A stretch of DNA of 62,766 bases, counting the filler, from a bacterium (lineage in GTDB: Bacteria; JAMORN01), in NCBI GenBank assembly GCA_027063545.1. It is 12 parts of 12 records of this genome, joined end to end, with 100 filler letters (N's around TTAATTAATTAA, not from the genome) between each part and the next. Parts side by side here need not be neighbours in the genome. Positions count along the whole stretch, not along the records: positions 16,599 to 22,002 come from JAMORN010000184.1; positions 22,103 to 27,488 come from JAMORN010000185.1; positions 27,589 to 32,966 come from JAMORN010000186.1; 9 more parts are not named here. The stretch is one strand, 5' to 3'. The translations under genes and the position numbers were made by a program. The notes under the pieces were generated by a model. The model did no database searches. It saw only the letters and a program-made list of their open reading frames with translations, and had not been told where the DNA came from. This document shows positions 19,405-28,776 of this stretch, in pieces; within the stretch, counting starts at the first letter, position 1, and each line of letters begins with the position of its first letter.

Positions 19405-19965
19405 ATGAAAAAATTAGTAATGTTTTCAATGATGCTAGCATTGTTAGTAGTATTTTCAAGTTGTAGTAAAAAAGCAGATTTAGGTGAGGTTGAAGTAAAT
19501 GTGCCATCATGGTTTGCAAATCCGCCATCTGATGAGAATCATATCTATGGAATAGGTATGGGTAAATCTAAAAACATGCAAATAGCTATAAATAAGGCTA
19601 AACAAGAAGCAACAGTTGATATTGCTAAGAAATTAGAACAAAAAGTTATGGCTATGACTAAAAAATTTGCTCAAGAAGTTGGAGATGCTGAAGACCCACA
19701 ACTTTATCAAATGTTTGAAGAAGTATCAAAATCAGTAGTAAGTCAAACATTAAATGGTGTTCAAGTAAAAGAACAAAAGATTATGCAAAATAAGAAAACA
19801 GGAACATTTGTGGTTTACATGTTAATGGAAATGCCTTTAGGAAAATTAAATAAGGCTTTATATTATAAGATTCAACAAATGGAAGCTTTAAAGACAAAAT
19901 TAGAGGCTTCAAAATCTTTTAAGGAATTAGAACAAGAAGTTCAGAAATTAGAATCACAACAATAA
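19405..19965 (+). CDS. LPP20-family lipoprotein
   Basis: Lipobox VFSSC; VPSWF...IYGIGMG...AINKAKQEATVDIAKKL; strong AAGGAGG RBS. Confidence 0.82.
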   Translation: MKKLVMFSMMLALLVVFSSCSKKADLGEVEVNVPSWFANPPSDENHIYGIGMGKSKNMQIAINKAKQEATVDIAKKLEQKVMAMTKKFAQEVGDAEDPQLYQMFEEVSKSVVSQTLNGVQVKEQKIMQNKKTGTFVVYMLMEMPLGKLNKALYYKIQQMEALKTKLEASKSFKELEQEVQKLESQQ

Positions 19966-19975
19966 TAGTATAACT

Positions 19976-21292
19976 ATGAAAAGAAAAGCAAATATATATA
20001 GAGAGGGGTCTATAATAGGCCTCTCTCTATTTATTTTATTATTTATATTAAACATAGCTTATTCTCAGGATATAATAGAGAAGTTTTACAAGCAATATCC
20101 AGCTAAGTTTTTTTATACTTCTGTTGGTATTAGTGATGTTTCTTATGATGATGCTCTGAAGAAAGCTTTATCTAATATTTCAAAGCAGATTCAATCAAAA
20201 GTAGAATCTAAGAGTTATTACATAAAGTCTGATATGAGAGGGGTAATCTCAGATGTTTATTTAGATTTTTCCAAGATAAGTAGTAATCTTTACTTAAAGG
20301 GCTATAAAATTGTGGATAAGAAGAAAATTCAAGGTAATTATTATGTATTCGTAGTAATAGATAAATATGAATTATTGAATAGATTAAAGAAAGAATATCT
20401 AATGTATAAAAATTTAATTGAAAAGTATTATAATTCTGGCTTAGAGTTCTTAAATAATGGAAAACTTGAAATGGGAGTTTTTAATTTATTAGGTGTGAAG
20501 AAATTTTTACCTAATTATTATCAAGTTTTAACTCTTTTATCTGCAATATCATCTCCCCCTTCAGAGAAAGTATATACATGGAATAAAATAGTTAATATAA
20601 TTTTCGATTATGTCAAGGGTATAAAGTTTATATTTCCGAAAGATACAATTTATGCTAAATTAGGTAAAAGTGTAGATTTTAAAGTAAAAATTATAACAAA
20701 AAATAATATACCTGTTAAGAATTTAAAGGTAGTTGTATTGAGAAGTGAAAGTTTTCAACCTATAGGTGAATATATATCAAATGATAAAGGCGAAATAAAA
20801 GTAAATTTTAAAGCATATTACTCTCCGGAAATAGATATTTTAACTTTTTATCCTATAACTAGTTTTGATCTTCCAGATATTAAGTCTTTATTTAAAAATT
20901 TAGAATTTAAAGTTTATTATATAACAAAAGTATCAAAATTTCCTGATTTTTCTATAGAGTTTAAAGAGCTAGATATTGAAAATAAAGTGTATAGACAGGA
21001 AGTAAAACAAACTATTCAGCAACAAATAAATAATTATGGTTTAAATATCACAGAAAAATCACCTTATAAGTTAGAGGTTTATCTGTTGAGAGGGAATAGA
21101 GAGTATAAGAATGGTTTTTACAGGGAAGAGTTTTTACTTACAATAGAGTTACATAAGGATAATAAGAAGGTATATACTTTTTCCAAAAGAATTTATGCAA
21201 TAGGAAGAGACTATAGTTCTCTTTTTAAAAGTCTAAAATCAAAATTATATCTTCCAGAATCTCTTTTTTATGATATAATCAATAATATATAA
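19976..21292 (+). CDS. Secreted LPP20-domain protein, paralog of 17652..19373
   Basis: YPAKFFYTSVGISDVSYDDALKKALSNISKQI aligns with YPSELYFVGLGASKVSYDKAIEQAVSDIAKQI. Confidence 0.72.
   Translation: MKRKANIYREGSIIGLSLFILLFILNIAYSQDIIEKFYKQYPAKFFYTSVGISDVSYDDALKKALSNISKQIQSKVESKSYYIKSDMRGVISDVYLDFSKISSNLYLKGYKIVDKKKIQGNYYVFVVIDKYELLNRLKKEYLMYKNLIEKYYNSGLEFLNNGKLEMGVFNLLGVKKFLPNYYQVLTLLSAISSPPSEKVYTWNKIVNIIFDYVKGIKFIFPKDTIYAKLGKSVDFKVKIITKNNIPVKNLKVVVLRSESFQPIGEYISNDKGEIKVNFKAYYSPEIDILTFYPITSFDLPDIKSLFKNLEFKVYYITKVSKFPDFSIEFKELDIENKVYRQEVKQTIQQQINNYGLNITEKSPYKLEVYLLRGNREYKNGFYREEFLLTIELHKDNKKVYTFSKRIYAIGRDYSSLFKSLKSKLYLPESLFYDIINNI
19998..20040 (+). terminator. Intrinsic terminator/attenuator hairpin after the LPP20 lipoprotein gene
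   Basis: 15-bp stem ATAGAGAGGGGTCTA / TAGGCCTCTCTCTAT (two G-U pairs) followed by TTATTTTATT. Confidence 0.6.
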
Positions 21293-21404
21293 ATTTAAAA
21301 ATTAATAGTTTTTTATCCAAAAGTTTGTCATTATTTATTCATTTTATATAAATTTTTTTATCATTTTTTTGTTTTTTTATATGATATTTTACATTGTATA
21401 TACT

Positions 21405-21550
21405 TACAAAAAAATGTATAGTTCTTTAAAATGATACATTTTTGTATTTTACAAAATAAGAGATAGCACAAAAATGTATAAAAATTATTGATTGATATAA
21501 TTTAATAAAATGATTTAAAATTAGATATAAAAAATGGCTTTAATAATGTT
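21405..21550 (+). promoter_or_regulatory. Putative activator sites and sigma54-like promoter upstream of glnA
   Basis: Palindromes TACA-A6-TGTA (21405), ATACA-T4-TGTAT (21434) and GCACA-A4-TGTAT (21466); imperfect TGGC-N8-TGT at 21535. Confidence 0.4.
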
Positions 21551-21604
21551 TAAAAGATAAATTAAGAACAACTAATATATATAAATAAACAGGAGGAAAA
21601 TAGT

Positions 21605-22002
21605 ATGACACCTAAAGAAGTAATTGAGTTTGCAAAGAAAAATGGTGCAAAAATGGTTGATTTTAAGTTTTCTGATCTTTTAGGAACATGGCAACATTTT
21701 TCACTACCAATTTCAATGTTAGATGAAGATATTTTTGAAGAAGGTTTAGGTTTTGATGGTTCAAGTATCAGAATGTGGCAGGCTATTAATAATAGTGATA
21801 TGATTTTACTACCAGATCCAGATACTGCTTTTATGGATCCATTTACAAAAGAACCAACTTTAAGTTTAATTTGTGATGTTTATGATCCAATCACTAGAAA
21901 ACCTTATTCTAAAGATCCAAGATATATTGCTAAAAAGGCAGAAGAATTTATTAAGAAAGAAGGAATTGCTGATATTGCTTATTTTGGCCCAGAGGCAGAA
22001 TT
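21605..22002 (+). CDS. glnA: Glutamine synthetase type I, 3' partial
   Basis: VDFKFSDLLGTWQH, GFDGSSI, SDM.L.PD, DPR.IA, YFGPEAE; AGGAGG RBS. Confidence 0.96.
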
Positions 22003-22102
22003 NNNNNNNNNNNNNNNNNNNNNNNNNNNNNNNNNNNNNNNNNNNNTTAATTAATTAANNNNNNNNNNNNNNNNNNNNNNNNNNNNNNNNNNNNNNNNNN
22101 NN
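22003..22102. other. Artificial contig linker
   Basis: N44-TTAATTAATTAA-N44. Confidence 0.99.
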
Positions 22103-22425
22103 GAACAATTATAGATTTATTTTTTCATATAAAACTAAAGGAGTTATCTAATATATTAGATTTTAACAACAAAAAAGAAATAATAGAATATATATATAAA
22201 GTAAGTCAACCAATAACCTATAACAACAATCTTATCATAAAAAAAATAAATAGAGTTCTTCCATCAAAAGTTTCTATTCTGAACTTTAATAACTTTGAGT
22301 TATCTGAATATGAATATAAAGTTTCTTTTAAAAATATTGATGAACTATTGTATAAATTAAAAACTTCTATTAATTCTATAGAACATAATTATAAAAATAT
22401 AAGATCTTGGTTTAATGAAAGATGA
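22103..22425 (+). CDS. C-terminal fragment of a hypothetical protein translationally coupled to the SplB-like gene
   Basis: Open frame TIIDLFFHIK...LPSKVSILNFNNFELSEYEYKVSFKNIDEL...NER*; ATGA overlap with the next gene. Confidence 0.6.
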
Positions 22426-23489
22426 AATTTTTTATTGAAGAGACGGTTGATGATAATAATCCTATTTTTATATATATTAAAAAGTTAGGAGTCGAATACC
22501 AGAGAATAAAAACAGAAGAAATAGTTCCGTTGCTTTTTTCAAAGAGTAAAGATGAAACTATTATTCTTAGAAGCATAAAAGAAAAGCGTTATCTAAAAGA
22601 TTGTCCCGGGACAAAATTTTATAGATGTTGCGATTATAAAGTACTACAAATAGGAGATAACTGTCCATTTGAATGTATTTATTGTATATTGAATTCCTAT
22701 TTTGACAATTTAGTTAATATAATTTATGTAGACGTGGATAAAATGGTTGATGAAATCATAGATTTTTTATCTAAAAATAGATTTTTAAGATTAGGTACTG
22801 GAGAATTCACAGATAGTTTAGCTTTAGAACCATATACAAACTTAACTAAAATATTACTGGATAAATTAAAAGAAAAATCTATTGCTTGGGATAGATTTAA
22901 TTTAGAGCTAAAAACAAAGTCTCTTAATATAGAAAACTTTTTAGATTTTGAATATAAAAAATCTCTTCTTTTTAGCTGGAGTCTTAATACTTTTTTTGTA
23001 TGGAAGAATCTAGAATTAAAAACGCCTTCACCAGAGGAAAGATTAAAAAAGGCTAAGCTGGCTGTAGATAATGGATTTAAAGTTTCATTTCATTTTGATC
23101 CTCTTATAGTTTACGATGAATATAAAAAAGACTATAAAGAGATAATAGAACTTATATTTGATTACATTGACCCTAATAAAATAGCTTTTATTAGCTTGGG
23201 TAGTTTTAGATATATACCTTATTTAAAGCATTTTATTTCTAAAAAGTATGGGGATACTTTTCTATTAGAAAACGAATTTATATACGGAAAAGACTCTAAA
23301 TTAAGATATCCATATAAGTTAAGAGTAGAATTATATAAATATATAATTTCTCTTTTAGATCCGTTTAAAAAAAATATTACTATATACTATTGCATGGAAA
23401 GTGAAAGAGTGTGGAGAAACACTTTAGGATATTATCCTGAGAGTAATTTTAGTTTAGGTAAGATTTTATGGGAAAGTATAAAAAAATAA
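22422..23489 (+). CDS. Spore photoproduct lyase (SplB)-like radical SAM protein
   Basis: CPGT...CC, NCPFECIYC (CxxxCxxC), GTGEFTDSL, ELKTK, HFDP, YYCME. Confidence 0.85.
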   Translation: MKFFIEETVDDNNPIFIYIKKLGVEYQRIKTEEIVPLLFSKSKDETIILRSIKEKRYLKDCPGTKFYRCCDYKVLQIGDNCPFECIYCILNSYFDNLVNIIYVDVDKMVDEIIDFLSKNRFLRLGTGEFTDSLALEPYTNLTKILLDKLKEKSIAWDRFNLELKTKSLNIENFLDFEYKKSLLFSWSLNTFFVWKNLELKTPSPEERLKKAKLAVDNGFKVSFHFDPLIVYDEYKKDYKEIIELIFDYIDPNKIAFISLGSFRYIPYLKHFISKKYGDTFLLENEFIYGKDSKLRYPYKLRVELYKYIISLLDPFKKNITIYYCMESERVWRNTLGYYPESNFSLGKILWESIKK

Positions 23490-24055
23490 TTATTACACCT
23501 TTAAAGTGGGAAAAGAATATATTAAAGAAAGTTTTAAAACAATTTAATATGTTAGAATATAATATAATTTCACTAGATGTATTAAGAGATATTAATAAGC
23601 TATTAGAGGTATATAATTATGATAGAGGAGACTTTTTTATAGGAATATCAGCTGGCAATAAAAAGACAAATGTAGAATTGGGCGATTTAGTAATTATAAA
23701 AAAAGTTATTTATTTAAAAAATGAAGAATATAAATATTTTTATTTTAAATATAATCAAAATTTAATAAAGACAAGTCAAAAGATAAAAGAAGCTACATCT
23801 TTATATACAGATACTTTTTTCTATGAGAATGATGAAAAAAAATATAATTTTAATTTTGATATTATAGAAATGGAGTCATATAAGATTTTTAATATATTAG
23901 GAGAAGAAGTTACTTTTTTTAGAGTTATTGTTGATTTTGGAATAAAAAAAAGTAATTTTAATTTATATAACTATAAAAAATCTATAGAGAGATTTTATAT
24001 AAAGGGATTAAAAATATTAATAGAAAATTTAAAAAAAGGGGAGGGGTATGCCTAA
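23468..24055 (+). CDS. Divergent nucleoside phosphorylase/MTA-SAH nucleosidase-family protein
   Basis: FIGISAG, LGDLVI, IIEMES, FRVIVD motifs of the PNP_UDP_1 fold. Confidence 0.6.
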   Translation: MGKYKKIIITPLKWEKNILKKVLKQFNMLEYNIISLDVLRDINKLLEVYNYDRGDFFIGISAGNKKTNVELGDLVIIKKVIYLKNEEYKYFYFKYNQNLIKTSQKIKEATSLYTDTFFYENDEKKYNFNFDIIEMESYKIFNILGEEVTFFRVIVDFGIKKSNFNLYNYKKSIERFYIKGLKILIENLKKGEGYA

Positions 24056-24443
24056 AGCTGAGGGGAGAGTTTTTCCTTTTGAAGGTAAGGAAAAAATAAG
24101 AAAAGATTTTTTAGAGGTTATTGATTTTGAAAAAACAGAAGAATATATTAGAACAGAAACAAATGAATTTAGTGCTGTATGTCCTTTTTCAGGACTTCCT
24201 GATTATGGAAAATTAATTATAGAATATTATCCCGATGGAGGAAAAATTGTTGAGTTAAAAAGTTTAAAATATTATGTTATATCATTCAGAAATGTAGGTG
24301 TATATCAAGAGGAAGCAACAAAAATTATTTATGAAGATTTAAAAGAAATATTACAGACAGAACGTTTGAAAGTTACTACTATATATAATACAAGGGGTGG
24401 CTTTGATACTACTTGTGTAATTGGAAGTCTGGAAAAGAAATAA
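24048..24443 (+). CDS. queF: NADPH-dependent preQ0 reductase QueF (unimodular)
   Basis: [15 protein letters not shown], QueF motif [11 protein letters not shown]. Confidence 0.9.
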   Translation: MPKAEGRVFPFEGKEKIRKDFLEVIDFEKTEEYIRTETNEFSAVCPFSGLPDYGKLIIEYYPDGGKIVELKSLKYYVISFRNVGVYQEEATKIIYEDLKEILQTERLKVTTIYNTRGGFDTTCVIGSLEKK

Positions 24444-24458
24444 AAGAAGGTTGATAGA

Positions 24459-25409
24459 ATGAAATATTATGAGAGAGAGCCAATACCTATAATATCAACT
24501 CCTACATTGAAGTATTATTATTTAAGAGATGAACTATTAAGTCCTATTGGTATATTGTTAGAATATAATAATAAAAGCTCATACTTAAAAGTAAGAGAAT
24601 ATGTTAGGATTTTAAATTATATAGTAAAAGAATTAGAGATTTTCCATGAATTTAGAATAATAGATTATAATTTAAAAAAAGGAGAGATCTTTTTTGAGTA
24701 TGTAGAAAATATTACCTCTGTAAAAGAAGAGTTGGAAAATTACAAAAATTTTGAAAAGAAATATAATTTAGTTTCTAAAATAATTGAGAAGTGGTGGTTA
24801 ATTATTAATTTAGTAGACCCGGAAGATTATGTATTAGGTAATTTTGAGGATATATTTTTTGAAGATATATTTTTAAGTTTTGTAAATATATTTTTAAAGA
24901 AAATTTTAAAAATAGATGTAGATAGTAAAATATATATAGAATCAGAAGATATATTTATTAATCACTTTAAAGAGATAACAAAAATAAAAACAAGATTTAA
25001 TTTGGGAGGATTAACCTTTAATAATGTAGTAAAGGCAAACAATAATATTGTTATTATAAATTTCAACAAAGCTGCTAAATTACCATTTATATATGATTTG
25101 GCAGTTTTTATATCTCAAGTATCTATTCAAATAGATCCTATTTTTGAGCTTATTTTTATTAGAGATATATATCGTTTATCCCAAAAGGAAGGATTAATAA
25201 AAAATGATTTAACTCTAGATGAATTTACTACTATATATAAAATATTAGAATTACATTATTTATTACATTCACTTATTGTTAATTATAATGATAATATACA
25301 TCAATTTAAATATAATTTAAAAATAATATACGAACATACAAAAAACTATCCTGAAATATTACCATTATGGAACTTTATAAATAGAATATCAAATTATTCT
25401 CTTTTATAA
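24459..25409 (+). CDS. APH/choline kinase-fold protein with degenerate catalytic motifs
   Basis: KKGEIFFEYV hinge; LGGLTFNNV at the HxDxxxxN position; IINFNKA at the DFxD position; YDLA. Confidence 0.5.
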   Translation: MKYYEREPIPIISTPTLKYYYLRDELLSPIGILLEYNNKSSYLKVREYVRILNYIVKELEIFHEFRIIDYNLKKGEIFFEYVENITSVKEELENYKNFEKKYNLVSKIIEKWWLIINLVDPEDYVLGNFEDIFFEDIFLSFVNIFLKKILKIDVDSKIYIESEDIFINHFKEITKIKTRFNLGGLTFNNVVKANNNIVIINFNKAAKLPFIYDLAVFISQVSIQIDPIFELIFIRDIYRLSQKEGLIKNDLTLDEFTTIYKILELHYLLHSLIVNYNDNIHQFKYNLKIIYEHTKNYPEILPLWNFINRISNYSLL

Positions 25410-25438
25410 TTTTTTTTGACTTAAAAATTTTTAATAAA

Positions 25439-26032
25439 TTACTTTCTCTGATACAATCCATAAAACTTGTATTGGGCTATTATATGTCCTTGCATAGCTC
25501 TTTCAACATCAGCTTTAGTAAATTCACCATCAAGATTTAAAAAAGTATCTAAAGCATATATTTTAAAAAAATACCTATGAGGACTACCTGGAGGAGGACA
25601 AGGTCCACCATATCCAATTCTTTTAAAATCATTAATACCTTGTTTTGCTCCATTAAGTACTTCTTGAGTTTTAGGAATATTTCTCGGAATAATAACTTTA
25701 GAAGAATCTACTTTTATATTTATTATAACCCAGTGTACCCAAGTTCCAACTGGTGCATCTGGATCATCACATATTAAAGCTATAGATTTTGTATTCTCTG
25801 GTATGTTTTCTATTATAATTTCTGGAGATATATCTTCACTCTGACAGGTATAATTTATAGGAATAAAACCTTCAGTTTTAAAATCAGGAGAATATGCTTT
25901 CATAGATATATCTCCTTTTTGGGTATTTAAAGAATCGTTTGAAGAATAAGAAGGCTGGGAGCTTCTACATTGATAGAAACTTCCCAGCCCCAAAATAATA
26001 AATATTAAAATTATTACAAATTTTTTTATCAT
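25439..26032 (-). CDS. YbhB/YbcL PEBP-family protein with signal peptide
   Basis: DDPDAP, WVHW, GYGGPCPP, HRYFF; start moved to MIKKF at 26032. Confidence 0.92.
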   Translation of the reverse strand: MIKKFVIILIFIILGLGSFYQCRSSQPSYSSNDSLNTQKGDISMKAYSPDFKTEGFIPINYTCQSEDISPEIIIENIPENTKSIALICDDPDAPVGTWVHWVIINIKVDSSKVIIPRNIPKTQEVLNGAKQGINDFKRIGYGGPCPPPGSPHRYFFKIYALDTFLNLDGEFTKADVERAMQGHIIAQYKFYGLYQRK

Positions 26033-26036
26033 AAAT

Positions 26037-27230
26037 TTATTTAATATATTTGATAGCTTTATGTATTTCTTTACCAGTTGGAGCATCTTTATCAGGTCTT
26101 TCCATATAATACATTAAAGCTACGATATCAGCCTTCTTTGGAATATTATAAAAATAGAGTTTTCCTCTCTCTTCCCATTCTGTATCAAGTATTTTAGAAG
26201 GAATTTCATCCTTTCTATTTGTTCTTTTTGCTTGATATTTATTTCCATCCTTATCTACTAAATAGAATACTTCTGGTCTTATTTCTATAGGATTATATGA
26301 GTTATTATATATACTAACCTCTACAACAGCACTTTTTCCTCTTCTTTTAAAATCAACAACCGCTAATAACACATTATTATTATTGATATCATCATCAATC
26401 TCTTCAGGCTCAAGCCCTGCAACATCAATAAGTCTTATATAAGCAGAATAAATACCAGCCATAGCTGGGCGAATCTTTTTTAACATTTCTTTAGCTTCTT
26501 TGTTATTGGGATCATATTTTAATGTTAATAAAGTAAAATATTCTGCAGCAATTGCATCATCTGGGTCAGGATCTTTCCAATCAATAGCCTCATAATATTC
26601 TTTTGCTCTTTCTAATGCATCTTGAGCTAACTCTTTATACCACTTCTTCATTTCAGATTTCACAATACTATTAGTACTATCAATTAATTGAGCATATTTT
26701 AAATATTTAAATCCTTCTCTTACACTTTCATAATTTTTAATAGTATCGGCAATAGCTACTAAAAACTCAGCATATTTAGAGTATACTTCTGGTGGTAAAT
26801 CTCTTATTTTTGTTTCCTTAATTTTTGTTTTTACATTTCCATTTTTATCTTTATACTTAATTGTATCTCTAACATATTTGAATAAATAATTATTGATATC
26901 TTCATAAAATGCGTAAATTTTTTCTTTAATAGAAGTATCTGCAGCATAATTCTTCAATATATTTTTTCCTAAGTCAATATTAATTAATATATATTTTGCT
27001 CTTACCTTTACAGTTGGAGAATCCTTTTGCATATATCTTAATAACGTTTTTAAGGCCCTATTTGAATAAACTAAATAGGTTCTTTGTTTTCCTTCTTTTA
27101 ACGCCTCAGTTGCTTTTTTGTAATAATCATCAGCTTTTGATATAGCTTGTTCTTCTGGTGATTTAGAACAATAGAGTAAGCTACTTACAATAAATAAAGC
27201 TAACATAAACGTTCTAATAAATTTTTTCAC
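26037..27230 (-). CDS. Hypothetical lipoprotein, helical/TPR-like with C-terminal Ig-like (DUF4352-like) domain
   Basis: GTG start, lipobox-like LLYC, C-terminal FYLVDKDGNKY...GKLYF. Confidence 0.55.
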   Translation of the reverse strand: MKKFIRTFMLALFIVSSLLYCSKSPEEQAISKADDYYKKATEALKEGKQRTYLVYSNRALKTLLRYMQKDSPTVKVRAKYILINIDLGKNILKNYAADTSIKEKIYAFYEDINNYLFKYVRDTIKYKDKNGNVKTKIKETKIRDLPPEVYSKYAEFLVAIADTIKNYESVREGFKYLKYAQLIDSTNSIVKSEMKKWYKELAQDALERAKEYYEAIDWKDPDPDDAIAAEYFTLLTLKYDPNNKEAKEMLKKIRPAMAGIYSAYIRLIDVAGLEPEEIDDDINNNNVLLAVVDFKRRGKSAVVEVSIYNNSYNPIEIRPEVFYLVDKDGNKYQAKRTNRKDEIPSKILDTEWEERGKLYFYNIPKKADIVALMYYMERPDKDAPTGKEIHKAIKYIK

Positions 27231-27363
27231 CTTTTTTCCTCCCTGTTTATATGATTTTAATTTAAGTTAATATATAACCCTTATATTCTTTAATCGTTTA
27301 ATTTAAAAATAAATAAAAGATTTTTTAAAATCAACTTAATAAATAATTATTTTTACATACATT

Positions 27364-27488
27364 ATGGAACTTCTAGCTCCAGCAAGAAGATTAGAAGCAG
27401 CTATTAGAGCTTTTAAGGCGGGTGCTGATGCAGTATATATTGGTTATCCCGGTTTTAATGCCAGAAGAATGGCTTCATCCGAGGTTTC
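27364..27488 (+). CDS. Peptidase U32-family (RlhA/TrhP-like) protein, N-terminal fragment
   Basis: Not in the ORF track. MELLAPARRLEAAIRAFKAGADAVYIGYPGFNARR. Confidence 0.88.
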
Positions 27489-27588
27489 NNNNNNNNNNNN
27501 NNNNNNNNNNNNNNNNNNNNNNNNNNNNNNNNTTAATTAATTAANNNNNNNNNNNNNNNNNNNNNNNNNNNNNNNNNNNNNNNNNNNN
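27489..27588. other. Artificial contig linker
   Basis: N44-TTAATTAATTAA-N44. Confidence 0.99.
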
Positions 27589-28723
27589 AGAACCTGAAGT
27601 TTTATTAGAAAAATTTAAGTATATAAAAAGAAATTTAAGATCTAAAAGAATAAAAGTTTCATATAGAGATCCTTATATAAGTCTTTTAGAAACTATTTTG
27701 GTTAGAGGAGATAGTAAGATTTCTAAATTAATAGAAGAGGCTTGGAGACATAATTTAATTCTTCAGGGTTGGGATGAATATATAGATAAATTTAAGTGGT
27801 TAGAAATAATAGATAATTTAGATATTAATTATAAAGAAATAATAAAAGAAAAGGACTTTTCAGAAAATTTACCATGGGATTTTATTAGTTTTAGATATAC
27901 AAAAGATTTTTTTAAAAGAGATTATGAAAAAGCAAAAAATCAAGAAGTTTTACCAGATTGTAAATATAACAAATGTTATTATTGTGGTGTATGTAATAGA
28001 AATGTAAAAAATATAGAAGCATCAGAAGATGATTTAGATATAAGCTTATATTTGAAAAAGTATGGTATATTAGATATAAATAGAACAAATAAAAATTTAT
28101 TTTATAATAGATTAATATATAAATATTCAGGAATTTATTCTCTTTTAAGTAATAAGGATATTCATGATAAAATAGAAAAAGCCTTAAGAAGGAGTTTAAT
28201 CCCTTTAAAATATACTGAAGGCTTTAATAAAAGGTTGGATATCAGTTTTTCTCCACCCCCTCCAGTAGGGATAGAAAGTTCGTATGAGATTGTAGATTTT
28301 TATAGTTATTCCCCTTTATCAGAAAATTTTTTAGATATAATAAATGATTTTCTTCCAGATGGGATAGAAATCTTAGATTTTTTATCTTCTGATAATAAAA
28401 TATTTCCTAAGATCTCAGATTTTAATGGAGCTATTTATAAAATAGTTTTTAAGGAAGAAGGATTAAAAGATATTTTTTTTAAACAAATAAAAAATAATAA
28501 CTTTGTTTATACAAAAGTAAATAAAAAAGGTAACGAGAGAAGAATTAATGTAAATAAAGTGATAAATATTTTATCGGATGAAAAAAATAAAGTAGAAATT
28601 GAAACTTATATATTAGGTGAAAATAGTATTCGAATAGATAAATTAATAGAAGTTATTTTTAAAAGTCGATGGTACGAATTAACCTCTATAAAAAAGAAGA
28701 GATTAACTATATTGAAAAACTAA
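27589..28723 (+). CDS. TIGR03960-type radical SAM C-terminus fused to TIGR03936/DUF2344 domain, 5' partial
   Basis: RGD, WDE, LPWDFI, DC...CYYCGVC, then RRSLIPLKYTEGFN...PVGIES..E..D, LPDGI. Confidence 0.82.
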
Positions 28724-28776
28724 TAATTTTAAATTATTTTACTTGAAAGAAAAATATAAACATACGAGGTTAAAAT

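Noticed and set aside
22422-25409. 7-deazaguanine DNA-modification (dpd) island around queF
   Set aside because: QueF has the standard tRNA-pathway motif and no dpdA/tgt-like gene is present; folE is on another contig.
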